A stretch of 64,000 bases of DNA from Rhynchobatus australiae (lineage: Eukaryota): positions 47,918,235-47,982,234 of the forward strand of contig JAUZTB010000001.1 of the NCBI GenBank assembly GCA_034780895.1, given 5' to 3'. Below the pieces are notes generated by a model. That model was not told where the DNA came from, did not search any database, and was given only the letters and a program-made list of their open reading frames with translations. Shown here piece by piece: positions 24,350 to 37,007 of the stretch (position 1 is the first letter of the stretch; each line of letters begins with the position of its first letter). Position numbers and translations under genes: made by a program.

Positions 24350-25614
24350 ATGGTGGGGTCCCAGTGCAGCGAGACACAGGGAGGACGCGCTGCGCTGCGC
24401 CGCACCGCGCACGCCGGCACAGCTGCGCCCAGCCGGAGCGCGCACCCCCTCAGGCCGGAGGGGTGAAGCGCAGCGCCCTCGGCGCCCCGGCTCCCGCTTC
24501 AGACGCGGCAGCAGGGCGCAGACACCGCCCCGCGTCGCCGAGACGCAGCCGGCGACTTCCGTGTTCCGCCGACCCTTTCGGGCCACAGGCCCCAGCGACA
24601 AGATCCGCTTGCGTCGAACTGCGGCCGCCTTCAGCAGAGTGGCGCACAACTTTTTCTTTTGTCGCGGGGAGGCCGAGTTTTCCCCAATCCACTTCCCAGG
24701 GCCATTCATGGGAAGGAAACGGCCTTTCATTGCCTCAGTCGTTCGGAAAAGGACACGAACACCCCTTTTGTGTGAAAGCGACCTTTCACTTTCTGAGGGC
24801 AGTCATTTCCCGCTCCCCAGAGTCAGTCAGCTGTGCGCATCTTCCACCGTCTGCCCTAAACGGTCCTTACTTCACAGGCCTCCTTTCGCTAACAAGAATA
24901 AAATCTGGAAGGAAGGCTGTGGAAGGGTAACGTAATTCAAAGGACATTACACTCCCATTTTGCCTGAACCAACTCTTTAAAGGAATTTGAAATTGTAGGT
25001 AGTGTCAACAAGAAACCAGTGCAGTACGATTGTGTTACAGGGTGACAGACCTGTGATTTCAGTGCAGAGTTACATGGTCACAGATTTGTGTCTAGCACCA
25101 AAGTACCCCAGTCTGACACGGTGACAGACCTGTGACCACCAGTTCTGCAGCCGGTGTTACATTGTGAGAGACCTGAACGTACCAGTACAGTACACGTGCA
25201 TTTAGAGCTGGATATTGACCCAAATCTGAATGAACTTGGGAGCTTGGTTTGGATCAAATGTTCCTGGGTTATGGTTCCCCTAGCACAGGAGACCCAAGCA
25301 AACAGCAGGAGGTGGGAAGGAAGAAGAGTTGAGACTTATCTTTGTTCACTATCCTTTACAATGCCAGGATAGCAAGTATTGGGCTTTGTGGGTAGACTTA
25401 GCCTCTGGGCTATATGTTCTTCAACATGGCTTCAACCATGGAGGGCCAAATCTGTGGAGTTCTCAGATATCTTTTGTGAGCTACACCTGAGAAGCTGCAA
25501 CAGATGGAACTCACAAACATTGGAAATACAGTTTTTTTTAAACAGTGGAAGTTGTGATTCCTTCAAAGTTGTTCTCTTCATTCTCTTCGACTAAAACCTG
25601 CTATCCATTGGAAA

Positions 25615-25970
25615 CAGAGTCATAGATACAGCATGGAAAGTGAACCACAATGACTGTCAGCCTCCTATTTACACTAGCCTTACGTTAATCCCATTTTTAA
25701 TGCTTTATTCTTCCCACATTCTCATCAGCTTCCTCCCCCCCCCCCCCCCAATATCCTACCTACACACTAGCAGCAACTTACAGTGGCCAATTAACCAACC
25801 AAGCCACACATTTTTGGGACGTGGGAGGAAACTGATGAGATCCAGAGGAAACCAATGCAGTCACAGGGGATAATGTGCAAACTCCACACAGGCAGTGCTG
25901 AAGGTCAGGATTGAATCTGGATCTCTGCTGCTGCAAGGTAGTAACTCGGCTAGCTGTGCTACTGTGCCAC
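25615..25970 (-). mobile_element. tRNA-derived V-SINE/HE1-like SINE
   Basis: tgggaggaaac...gaggaaacc..gcagtcacaggg...tgcaaactccacacaggcag...ttgaatc...ctgtgccacc matches 30975-31331. Confidence 0.8.
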
Positions 25971-26271
25971 CAACAAATATGGGCAAGATAAGACAGGGAA
26001 GGAATTCATCAGTCACTTGTTGCACTGTCTTCTGCAGATTTGGTTCCAGAAGAAAGGAAGAAAAGAATGCATTTACAAACCACCTTAAAGTGGCTTTCAG
26101 AATGTCCCAAAGTACCTTGCCAATTAAGTACTTTTGGTGCAGTTACAGTTACTCCCACAAACATCAGCCATCTGGACTTGAGATCAAATTCTCCAACTTC
26201 ATGTAACTTGCTTTCTCTCTCTGTATCAGGGCTTGTTATTTCTGCTGTAAGTCATCACCTCCCAAATTGAG

Positions 26272-26357
26272 CAACACACACACAATGCTGGAGGACCTCA
26301 GCAGGTCAGGCAGCATCTATGGAGGGAAATAAACAGTCAATGTTTTGGGTTGAGACC
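26272..26357 (-). mobile_element. Penelope-derived terminal repeat, truncated by a gap
   Basis: tgctggaggacctcagcaggtcaggcagcatctatggagggaa...gtcaatgttttgggttgagacc. Confidence 0.8.
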
Positions 26358-26624
26358 NNNNNNNNNNNNNNNNNNNNNNNNNNNNNNNNNNNNNNNNNNN
26401 NNNNNNNNNNNNNNNNNNNNNNNNNNNNNNNNNNNNNNNNNNNNNNNNNNNNNNNNNNNNNNNNNNNNNNNNNNNNNNNNNNNNNNNNNNNNNNNNNNNN
26501 NNNNNNNNNNNNNNNNNNNNNNNNNNNNNNNNNNNNNNNNNNNNNNNNNNNNNNNNNNNNNNNNNNNNNNNNNNNNNNNNNNNNNNNNNNNNNNNNNNNN
26601 NNNNNNNNNNNNNNNNNNNNNNNT

Positions 26625-26800
26625 ATAAAGTGTACGACCCCTCCCTGCTCTGATATTCTATGCCCCAGTTTATGCAGGCAAGTATCCCATAAACCTTCAC
26701 CCCCTTATCTACTTCTGCTGCCGCCTCAGAGATCCTTGGACTTGAAGCCTGAGGCCCCTCTGTTCCTCAATACACCCAAAGGCCCTGCCATTCATTGTGT
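26625..26800 (-). mobile_element. CR1 ORF2 fragment
   Basis: KVYGILACINWGIEYQSRE..TL, homologous to KAFGMLAFIGQGTGYRSWE at 19780-19850. Confidence 0.7.
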
Positions 26801-26899
26801 ATGGTTTCACCCAGTCAAAGATATTTCCTTTGTCCTATCCATCCCTCTCTCCACCTTCTCTGTAAAGCTCAATAAATGAACTTGATTTCTCTCTCTATT

Positions 26900-26978
26900 C
26901 TAGTTCTGATGAAAATCTCCAACCTGAAACTTTGTTTTCCTTCCACAGACCGACTGAGTGCTTCCAGATTTTTTTGTT
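26900..26978 (+). mobile_element. Older Penelope-derived terminal repeat with CTGATGA...GAAAC core
   Basis: agttCTGATGAaaatctccaacctGAAAC...ctgagtgcttccag. Confidence 0.55.
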
Positions 26979-28914
26979 TTTATGGCACAAATAGCAGTAT
27001 GGTAAAAAAAATGGACAATATGCTTTACTGATTGTGATCGAGGGATAAATGTTGACCAAGCTGAATGGGAGAACTCGGCCTTTGAAAAGTTGCTATAGGC
27101 TTCTTTGCATCCACTTAAGAGAGCAAATAATTCAATGTCTTTTTGAGAAGCTGGTAGTATTCTTGTGTCTCGGTTACATATTACATCAAAAGCATTATAT
27201 AAAAGCTTGTTGTTTGTTACTGATAGTGTTGTCATTTGGAATCGTTTTCATCAAAGTCTGAATCTTTGGAAGACTTTCGATGGCATCTTTTATAGAATAT
27301 CTGATAATATCTCTTCTGATATTATCAGATTCCACCAGTTAGATTTGCATGCTCAAGTCCCTGGAATGAGAAACCACAACCACAACCGAGACACAAGATT
27401 ACNNNNNNNNNNNNNNNNNNNNNNNNNNNNNNNNNNNNNNNNNNNNNNNNNNNNNNNNNNNNNNNNNNNNNNNNNNNNNNNNNNNNNNNNNNNNNNNNNN
27501 NNGAATGAAAACTGTAAAATTGCTGTCAGCTGAGAATAGGTTAAGAAGTTTGAATCAATGAAAACATAATTACTATGTTAAAAGTAAACTATTTTTAGCA
27601 GGATCCTTTAAGTGAGTAGATTATTTTTATATCTCTATGTATAGAAGGCTATCTATTGCTGCTGACAACATCTAAGTCGTAAAATTCAGCAAACACCAGT
27701 AGTCAAAAAAATTCTCCAGCCTGCCTCAATGAATGGTGAATCACCCATGCCCACTACTCTCCAACTCACAATGGCCAAGAGCTTGTTCCCAAAGCCAGCT
27801 CCTGATCAGCAAGGCCCAGCGCAGCACCGAGCCCTCCAAACATTATCGGGAAGTCCTCTCCAAATAATGCTTTCAAACCCTGCCCTCAGGTTTAGGAGCT
27901 GCCAAGGGCATCAAAGAACTGGAATATGAATGTCGGATATTCACAATTAATGAAAAATATTCAAAAAGTAAACATTAATCATGCTATTACAAAGATTAAA
28001 TATTAGAAAACCAAATACTATAAAATGATTAACTATGTTTAAAATTAAATATGTGACTAAATAATTTTTAAAATATGCAAGTTAATTGAAAACTACCTTT
28101 CTCTTTCACAGGGCTGTGCTTTGCCAATGAAATGAGCCTCTGAGCTTGTCTGATGCAAGTTCAGAGCCCAGATTTTGCATTGCAACTGCTGGTCGACCAA
28201 AGGCTGCTGGCACCCTGCTGCTGGAACCCATGGGGAGTGTAATTTTGATGCACAGTCAGAATGCCAATAGTGTGAACCTCCTGGAAGAACAATTCTTCTA
28301 CATTAAATCAGAAAACGCTGGAAATGCTCAGCAGGTCAGGCTGCATCTGTGGGATGAGAATATGAATCACCCGTGCCGTCTTCCAGTTCATCTGGAGATC
28401 CAAGATGGAGCAGGTCTGATGGGTCACCATGCACAAGTCTCTGGACAATGGGGGCAAAAGTGTCCCCAGTGTCGCCCTCATTCTGACCTTCATCTGTGGC
28501 TGCTTCAGGCTGTGCATGGAACCAAAGTACNNNNNNNNNNNNNNNNNNNNNNNNNNNNNNNNNNNNNNNNNNNNNNNNNNNNNNNNNNNNNNNNNNNNNN
28601 NNNNNNNNNNNNNNNNNNNNNNNNNNNNNNGTAGAAGTGTACAATGCTGTATTCAAATACTCTGTACAACGCTATATTCAAATGCTCTCCAGGCCTCCAC
28701 TGTCTCCCATCTGTTATTTTTTTAACCACTGTGCTTTCATTACTCCCAGTGTCTTAAGAACAGAGAGGAAGGCAAAGCAATTTACATCTGACAATGGTGC
28801 TGAGTCATGACTATTTATATTGTTACTGTTAGTGTGTTCAGCTTCATTTCTTCCATTGTTCATAACAGCATGCTTCAACTGGTGCAAGGTACTTGTTGGC
28901 AGAGTATGTAGATC

Positions 28915-29240
28915 GAGGGCAGCACAGTCACTCAGATTATACTTCAATTCCAGCATCCCATGTTTGACCTCTGGTGTTGTCTGTGTGGAGGCTGCAGATT
29001 CCTCCTGTGGCCATTTGGGTTCTTCAGTTTCCTTCCATATACCAAAGAATTACTGATTGGAAGGTTAATTGTCCACTGTAAATTGCCTGTGTTGTAAATG
29101 GGTGGTCAGAAAAGCAGTGGGGAGTTAATAATGTGTGAGAGAGATTAGGTTGCAGAGAATTAAGTGGGGAACAGGACTGATAGAATTGCTTTGAGAGTCA
29201 ATGGGATGACTGGCCTCCTTTCCTATCATAACGAAATATA
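28915..29240 (+). mobile_element. Decayed V-SINE/HE1-like SINE
   Basis: gtctgtgtggag...cagtttccttccatataccaaag...ggttaattgtccactgtaaattgcc. Confidence 0.65.
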
Positions 29241-30089
29241 AGAAAACATTTTGATATTACAACAGTTATTGGTCAAACTGTAGACAGAGTGATCAGCTTT
29301 CACTTTCTCTGTGTCCACTGAAGTGCTTGAATAATTATTGAAAATCATGCTCCTTTACACATGACATCTTGTTCACATTAAAGGTATATATCTCACAGAC
29401 CTCATGATATTTCTGTTCTCAGATCCTTTGAAATTCACATAAACATCTGTATTTTTTTCAAAACTACTGTATCAAAGACAGGATGAAAGGTACACTATGA
29501 CTGTAAAGATCAGGAACTCTGCTGAGGTTCACATCAGACTGATATTTTGCTGAGGAGATGTGTGATAAAGCAAGAGAAAGAACTTTTACATAGCCAAGAG
29601 GTTCAATCTTTAATTCGACAATTTGGTTGGAACTTTGGTCAGAGATGAAACAGATCCATACATCAGCTGTGTACGTTTGACACTTTTGCAAAGCAATTTA
29701 TGTCCTGTATTCTTCCCAAGTTGGACCCAGGCTTCTCTGCATTCATTAATATTGTCAAAGGTGCTGCACAATACATTTAACATTTGCTTTATTTGAGATG
29801 GATAAGTTTGAGAAATCGTATGATGGGGCAATGTCAAGGTAACATTATACAGTTTTGCAAATGAAGAACCTTCAAAGCTCTAATGGTCTTACCACTTATA
29901 TCTAATATGATCCCTGCACATTTCCTGTGAAGCTTGTCCTGTTTTGGGGAATAGACGGGTTTCAGAGCAGTCAGGATGTCCTAATATTGCTGCTTCTTTC
30001 TGTACACATATTTTTCAAACTGTCTCATAGCCAGAATAAGAGAGTGTCAAACTGCCCAATATAAAAAGAGAAATGATAATCTGGTGACA

Positions 30090-30169
30090 CAAAAAATTAT
30101 GCAGATGCTGGAATCTGGAGCAATACACAAAAAGTGCTGGAGGATCTCAACAGGTCGGGCAGCGTCTTG
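30090..30169 (-). mobile_element. Short (~80 bp) Penelope-derived terminal fragment with 16-bp TSD
   Basis: gcagatgctggaatctggagcaatacacaaaaagtgctggagg flanked by tgataatctggtgaca at 30074-30089 and 30170-30185. Confidence 0.8.
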
Positions 30170-30974
30170 TGATAATCTGGTGACAGAGACACGCATGGAG
30201 GACTTATAAATTCATCCTCCCATTTTCCAAAATTGTCATGCTATGAAAGTGGTAATTTTGGAGGTTTGGCTTTTCCTCCGGAGTTTCAGTACCTCAGAGC
30301 AAGGTGATACACTAAACTGATACCACCAACTGTGATCATGCCAAGTAGGTGCAGACTGAGGGCTCAGCCAGGTCATTATTAACAACAATGGACCTTTCAC
30401 ACAGGGTTAACAAAACAAGGATAACATTGAAGTATTTATGAATGGGAAGATGTAAATAAGATTAAATATGAATCTTCAGAAACAATACGAAAGAAAGAAA
30501 CAAGGTCCTAATCTCCAAACCAGGACATTCAAATACAGAATGCTGTTCCATTTACAGAAGAAGACAGCTAAAATTTCTCAGTTTCATGAACTTTCCTTCT
30601 ACTGCGAATGGAGGGTCTCCATTTGAATGGTTTACTGTGAATCTCACCATTTGTTTCTAACTCTGAATTTATTTAAGTTCAATTTATTATGACATTCCTT
30701 TTCTGGAAGCATTGTACAAACAGCTGGCCAAAGCTAAATCAGAAAATGTATAGAGATCATCTGCTCCTCATTTACCTCTTCAAAGACTGAAGTGGTAATG
30801 CTTGGCTGCCTGTAATTCATTGGCAGATTGGGGACATAAAGTCCTATCCCTTTAAAGTTCTTGGATCATGGATATCTCATGATCACAGAAAGCTTCATCT
30901 GCTTGATTTGTAATCATTCTGCACCATGACATAATGAGGAAGACCCCTAATTTTTTTAATTTTTTAAATTTTAA

Positions 30975-31331
30975 GTTTTATTTACAGTGTGGTAACAGGC
31001 CCTTCTGGCCCAACAAGTCAGCGCCGCCCATTTTAAACCCCACATTAACCTACCCGTACTTCTTTAGAATGTGGGAGGNNNNNNNNNNNNNNNNNNNNNN
31101 NNNNNNNNNNNNNNNNNNNNNNNNNNNNNNNNNNNNNNNNNNNNNNNNNNNNNNNNNNNNNNNNNNNNNNNNNNNNNNCTTTAGAATGTGGGAGGAAACC
31201 GGAGCACCCAGAGGAAACCTACGCAGACACGGGAGAACGTACAAACTCCTTACAGGCAGCGACGGGAATCGAACCCCGATCGCTGGTGCGGTAATAGCGT
31301 GGTGCTAACCGCTATGCTACCGTGCCGCCCC
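30975..31331 (-). mobile_element. Relatively young tRNA-derived V-SINE/HE1-like SINE with CR1-derived tail
   Basis: Head GGGCGGCACGGTAGCATAGCGGTTAGC (Pol III A box), GGTTCGATTCC (B box), V-domain GGGTGCTCCGGTTTCCTCCCACA, tail GGGCCAGAAGGGCCTGTT; CpGs still intact. Confidence 0.9.
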
Positions 31332-31384
31332 AAATGATGGGATCAGTATTGATTTTGAGTCTTTTTCTTCCATCACAAGTGATC

Positions 31385-31552
31385 CTAGTCACCCTAATCA
31401 CTACTATGACCACTTTGATTACTTTGCACTAAAATGGACTGATTTTTTTGTTCCAAATGTGTTCTTTCTTGTAAAAATTTTGCATATGTTTAATTTGTGT
31501 TTTTCTTGTACATGTACTTGTGCATATGACAATAAACTTGACTTTGACTTTT
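31385..31552 (+). mobile_element. 3' tail of a Rex/Babar-type LINE or a derivative
   Basis: ctttgcacta...tgacaataaacttgactttgacttt terminal motif. Confidence 0.5.
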
Positions 31553-32384
31553 ACATATTTTATATCAAACAACCTGTCTTACTTTATTGATCCTCATTTG
31601 ATTCTTAGAAAAGTTCACACACTTTATTGCAGTGTTGTCATAGTGGAGCCAGGTGTGGAATCCAGACCAAGTAGAAACAGATTGAAGTTAAACTCAGTTT
31701 GTTCTGACACATCTCTAGGGCCTTGGAATTTACGTGGCTTTGGGTTCTGGAGAAAATCAATACAGAGCAGTGGTGTTTCAACTTTTTTCAGGCAATACAC
31801 TTGAACCAAATGGTTCACCCTCATGACCCAATAATAGTAACTAGCCACGATAAATCTAATAGCAAGTTGAAAAGGTAGTGTCAGCAGAAAATGATACACA
31901 CCACTAGGGCAGGGTTGTTTGAACTAACCGGGGCAGAGGCAGCATGTGGATTTCTCTAGTCAGCAGACTTGTGCCCTGTGGTTCCCCCCAGGATACCCAC
32001 AAGTCTCTCTCCCATGCTCCCTTCCCCCCTTCACCACCACCGCAATCTTCCCAGGCTATATTTCACCCACGATCCTACCCAAGCTCCCTGGACCTCCCTC
32101 TTCCCTGATTCCTTGTGCTCCCAGGCCATTCTCCTCCTTGTTATCTACAATCTTTGGGCTCCACACCACCAATCCTTGCCTGGTCTGCTTTGATGACACA
32201 TTTTTAACATCCTGCAACATACTTCCACTTTGAAAACCACTCTCTTGGATGAAGGAAGTTTGCTGACAAACTTTTGGGTGGGTCTTAAGTTCTAGCCCAA
32301 GTCTGGTAATGAAGATTTACCAATTCTGTAGGATTAGAAGATTGTGTAAGATTTCACAATGTCAGTACCACCATAGCACATCAA

Positions 32385-32975
32385 TATGAAGTAAAAGTAA
32401 GAACATGAAGAAGAAAAATGTTAATAGGAAAATAGGGAGGTGGAAGGGTGAGGTATGAAAGGAAGATTAATATAGAAATATAAAAATAATGTGAGGGAGA
32501 ACATACATGGGAAAATAGGCAGATGAGGATAGACAAGGGTTAATAAAAATGAATGTGAAAGAGTAATGTGAGAAAAAGGAAATAGAAACATGAAAGAAAG
32601 GATGAAAGCAATTAAAAAGACTGAATAATGAAATAGGGTAAAATAAACAAAGGAAATGTAACTAGCAAATGAGAGTTACAGAATTGAGGAATGCAAAATG
32701 AGAGATTGCAACAAATGTGATTAGAAATCAGGTAAAAAGCATAGAAAATCAAAATTATTAAAAAAGATTACGAAGAATAAAGAGGAATGAGTAAATTTGG
32801 GTGTCACAGAATTAGAGAAAGAAGGGAGAATTAAGCTGAAGGAAGCATAAGAAAATAAAAAGGGATAAAATAAAGGAATTGAGAGGAAAATTGAAAGGAA
32901 GAAACTTAATACATGTGATTGTTAAATAGATAGAGGAAAAGTTCAAATTGAGAGATCGGGAAGGGAAAAGTAAAG
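32385..32975 (+). repeat. Purine (A/G)-rich low-complexity tract
   Basis: About 590 bp with very few C on the plus strand and no clear period. Confidence 0.75.
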
Positions 32976-35199
32976 TCTGGTGACCANNNNNNNNNNNNNN
33001 NNNNNNNNNNNNNNNNNNNNNNNNNNNNNNNNNNNNNNNNNNNNNNNNNNNNNNNNNNNNNNNNNNNNNNNNNNNNNNNNNNNNNNNNNNNNNNNNNNNN
33101 NNNNNNNNNNNNNNNNNNNNNNNNNNNNNNNNNNNNNNNNNNNNNNNNNNNNNNNNNNNNNNNNNNNNNNNNNNNNNNNNNNNNNNNNNNNNNNNNNNNN
33201 NNNNNNNNNNNNNNNNNNNNNNNNNNNNNNNNNNNNNNNNNNNNNNNNNNNNNNNNNNNNNNNNNNNNNNNNNNNNNNNNNNNNNNNNNNNNNNNNNNNN
33301 NNNNNNNNNNNNNNNNNNNNNNNNNNNNNNNNNNNNNNNNNNNNNNNNNNNNNNNNNNNNNNNNNNNNNNNNNNNNNNNNNNNNNNNNNNNNNNNNNNNN
33401 NNNNNNNNNNNNNNNNNNNNNNNNNNNNNNNNNNNNNNNNNNNNNNNNNNNNNNNNNNNNNNNNNNNNNNNNNNNNNNNNNNNNNNNNNNNNNNNNNNNN
33501 NNNNNNNNNNNNNNNNNNNNNNNNNNNNNNNNNNNNNNNNNNNNNNNNNNNNNNNNNNNNNNNNNNNNNNNNNNNNNNNNNNNNNNNNNNNNNNNNNNNN
33601 NNNNNNNNNNNNNNNNNNNNNNNNNNNNNNNNNNNNNNNNNNNNNNNNNNNNNNNNNNNNNNNNNNNNNNNNNNNNNNNNNNNNNNNNNNNNNNNNNNNN
33701 NNNNNNNNNNNNNNNNNNNNNNNNNNNNNNNNNNNNNNNNNNNNNNNNNNNNNNNNNNNNNNACCGTGAAGATTTTTTTACCCTATTATTCTAGCAGGCA
33801 TTGCTAGCAAGAGCCTGTGAAGATTTAAACTTTTGTGAGTGTTTAAGTGCCAACTGAAACACTCTCACTGGAATTATAAAAGGGCATGTGACTGTAGAAT
33901 TAGAGAGGATGTGGACAACAAAAATGTTCCAAATTTATTTGTGCGAGACGTTTCCACCTAACTCTCTCTGGCTCATATTTTCTTCAATAGATAAGGGAGG
34001 GTTATGTGGGTAGTTAGCTTCAAGTATTGGTCACACCTTGAATTAGAAAGGAATTGTTGTTATAGACAGAGACAAACATCCACTGGTAATCTTTGAGTAA
34101 GAGATTGTTCAAGGAGGGTGGCTTAATTTGGCAGATGTAAGGAATTCAATATTTAGGATGTTAGGATCATGATCTCTGCATTTCTACCAGAGGCACATGC
34201 AAGTCAAGTAAAGTTAAATAGATAAGGGAGGTGAAAGTGATTGAAGGAGTTAGGCTGGGAAGGTGCCGTCTGGTACCAGGACTGGAAGAGGGATAAATAT
34301 GACCATCATAATTATGTAGTTTTCAGGGTCCAGCAGCAATGTGTCCCATAACCAATAGGGGGCCAGATCATATTAGGTACTGTACTGAAAACTGAGACTT
34401 AATTACACCAACACAGTGTGAACATTAAATTAGTAGCAATCATAATGACATAGATTCTGGGAAGAAATGTCAGTAAATCTGTCAGCATTATTTGACATTG
34501 TACTGTGTAAGTGACAGGAATTTCATCACTTTTGTGTTTTTGTACATGCAAATATGGAAATCTTTGAGTTGCTGTCAGGGACTCACCAGGGCAGCCAAAT
34601 GCATTCCAACACTGGACTCCATGCAGTTCAGTGCAGGAGCAGGGATGGGCAAATTGCTTGCAGCTACATTTCCAATTCATTGCAGAATCACAGGCCAAAT
34701 AAGAGTAGGTTGAGCTGTTTTCCATCTCTTTGTTTGGATCTAAATGAAGAGCTTTGAGGGCCTCAGTTAAGTGACTTTTTAATGTAAAAGTCACTTTGAT
34801 TTTTAACATTTATTTTTAACTCAAAGTTTGAAGTTTTTAACAGTGATTAGAAAAAGCTAAAACACAAAATACTTCAAAATGTTAAGTAATTTTATAGCAA
34901 GAAACAAAAAGGACAGCCATTGTTTTATAGTGCTGCAACAGCAGTTACTGTCATGGATNNNNNNNNNNNNNNNNNNNNNNNNNNNNNNNNNNNNNNNNNN
35001 NNNNNNNNNNNNNNNNNNNNNNNNNNNNNNNNNNNNNNNNNNNNNNNNNNNNNNNNNNNNNNNNNNNNNNNNNNNNNNNNNNNNNNNNNNNNNNNNNNNN
35101 NNNNNNNAAGTAGCTTTTGAATAGGAGAACTGCAAGACTGCTGTACAGATTTTTGGTTTAGTTAAGGTCAAACTGACCAGGTTAAATTGAAGAAATCAG

Positions 35200-35490
35200 T
35201 TCATGGATTAAAAAGTCAGAGGACTTAATATGGGACGGAGTCAGACTGGAAAATTGCACACATCTCTCCACTATTTAAGAAACTGGGAAATTATAGAACT
35301 TGGAAATTAGCATAATATCTGGTGCTGAAAATTACTCAATTGTAAAATTAAGGAGAAATTAGTTAAACATCTTCAAAAGTTTATTCTGGTCGGAGAAGGT
35401 CAGCAGAAATTTGCAAAGTGTGGGACATGCAAAGTGTGGGACATGAACTTTTTAGTAGAGCTGACCAAAGTGACAGGGAAATGTCCATGG
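35200..35490 (+). mobile_element. Decayed CR1 RT fragment
   Basis: DWKIAHISPLFKK..GNYR; internal 16-bp tandem duplication tgcaaagtgtgggaca at ~35412-35443. Confidence 0.6.
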
Positions 35491-35899
35491 CCCCCTTGGA
35501 TTTATTTCATTTCCCATGGAGAGAATAACGTTGGCAATTTGCCATTTTCCTTTTGGATTAACACCAGTTTTTTAATTATGTTAGAACAATTTGGCTAATT
35601 CTGGACCATAGTTCAATAATCCACTCTGCATTTTTGAAGAAAATAGCTGCAGATGCATTAAAATTCTTGTTTTACCTGGCTCAACTGTTACAGTTGGTTG
35701 CTTCATTTAACGATATAGCCAAAATCTCTCCCATTCCAGCATTACCAACCAATTAAGCAACCATGTTTGCAACCATCTTTTGTTTACTGAGGAATACAGA
35801 AGATTTTATCATGGTTAGCACCAAACACATGTGAAAATTATAATCAATTAAACAAAGGAATGAGAATTGCTTTGGACCGAAAGCGAACAGCAGGACATA

Positions 35900-36070
35900 T
35901 GCTATTTGTGAGCATGTGCTAAGGGGAAGTGCAATGGGAACAAAATTTTCCATCATTTTGATGATGAATGAGATCAGGCTAATTGGACAATAACTGGCCA
36001 GTGTATCATTGCCCTGCTTGTGCAATAACTTGGCAATTATCCACTTTTTCAGGTAGATTGCAGTTGTATT
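35900..36070 (-). mobile_element. Decayed CR1-clade RT fragment
   Basis: KWIIAKLLHKQGNDTLASYCPISLISFIIKMME. Confidence 0.55.
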
Positions 36071-36249
36071 AGTTAATCTGGTTAATTTTGGAGCATGGTT
36101 TTGTAGTTTTACAGACAGGTGGTTGTTAAGTATGTAACCGTTGTGGTAGCAAGTACTGGGAGTCCTTATGTAAGGATTACGTAAGGGTTCCATTCCTGAG
36201 AACTGTCCATAAACTAATTATTCCTTAAGTCAGAAACAAACAATTTAAA

Positions 36250-36321
36250 ATTTATTTTAAAAAGTACAGAAAAAGTTTGAAATACTTCTATCCAGAATTT
36301 TTCCAAACTCGGACATGACCA
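36250..36321 (-). mobile_element. Short L1 ORF2 fragment abutting a gap
   Basis: Nearly identical (2 mismatches) to 37508-37579; WSCPSLEKFWIEVFQTFSVLFKIN. Confidence 0.75.
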
Positions 36322-36424
36322 NNNNNNNNNNNNNNNNNNNNNNNNNNNNNNNNNNNNNNNNNNNNNNNNNNNNNNNNNNNNNNNNNNNNNNNNNNNNNNN
36401 NNNNNNNNNNNNNNNNNNNNNCAA

Positions 36425-36868
36425 CCAAGGAGACTTCTCCAGCTTCCGGTGACCACTCCCCTCTGCCCTCCCCCCCAGCCCCTTGATCTGCCCATCACCC
36501 AAATGTTTCCTCCCTCCAGTTCCCTTTATTCCATGGTCCACTGTCCTCTCTTTTTAGATTCCATATTCTTCATCCCTTTGTTTCTTCCACCTATCACCTC
36601 CCAGCTTCTTACATAATTCCCACTCCCTGCCTATCTTCGCCCCTTCACCTGGATTCACCTATCACCTGCCAGCTCTCGCTCCATCCCTTCCTCCCAGCTC
36701 ACTCTTTTATACTGGCTATCTCCCCTCTTTCTTTCCTGTACTGAGGAAGGATCTTGGCTCGAAATGTCAACTGTTCATTTCCTTCCGTAGATGCTGCCTG
36801 ACCTGCTGAGTTCCTCCAGCACTTTCTGTTGCTCAGGATTTCCAGCATCTGTACTCTGCCTTGTGTTT
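36425..36868 (+). mobile_element. Penelope-derived 3' region and terminal repeat
   Basis: C/T-rich body followed by CTGAGGAaggatcttggctcGAAAtgtc...gatgctgcctgacctgctgagttcctccagca...ttccagcatctg. Confidence 0.85.
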
Positions 36869-37007
36869 TCATAGATAAGATTCCTTTTTGCTTGTGAAGA
36901 TTCTTTTTGAATCTTGACTAGATTTTCAGATACACTGAGATTTTTTTTCCTGTTAGTTTGTCGTAATTTTTTCTTTTTTTATAAATTGCCATTACAAAAT
37001 CTCTTCT

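Larger units (their letters stand above)
23920..24860. promoter_or_regulatory. CpG island promoter / 5' UTR of the minus-strand gene
   Basis: Only strongly GC/CpG-rich segment in an AT-rich, CpG-depleted window. ETS-type CGGAAGT (minus, 24555-24561) next to a second CGGAA, CCAAT at 24684-24688, E2F-like TTTCCCGC at 24806-24813. Confidence 0.85.

Noticed and set aside
23884-24935. Multiple overlapping 130-220 aa ORFs
   Set aside because: Stop-codon scarcity in the GC-rich CpG island; no recognisable protein.
31062-31195. Direct repeats flanking 100-N gaps (also near 44136/44246 and 50120/50229)
   Set aside because: Most likely overlapping contig ends, i.e. assembly artefacts.
31250-31331. 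tRNA-like sequence with A and B boxes
   Set aside because: It is the head of a SINE, not a tRNA gene.
32980-33807. Long ORFs spanning N runs (also 40158-41103, 44698-45391, 58448-59585)
   Set aside because: Artefacts of translating through gaps.
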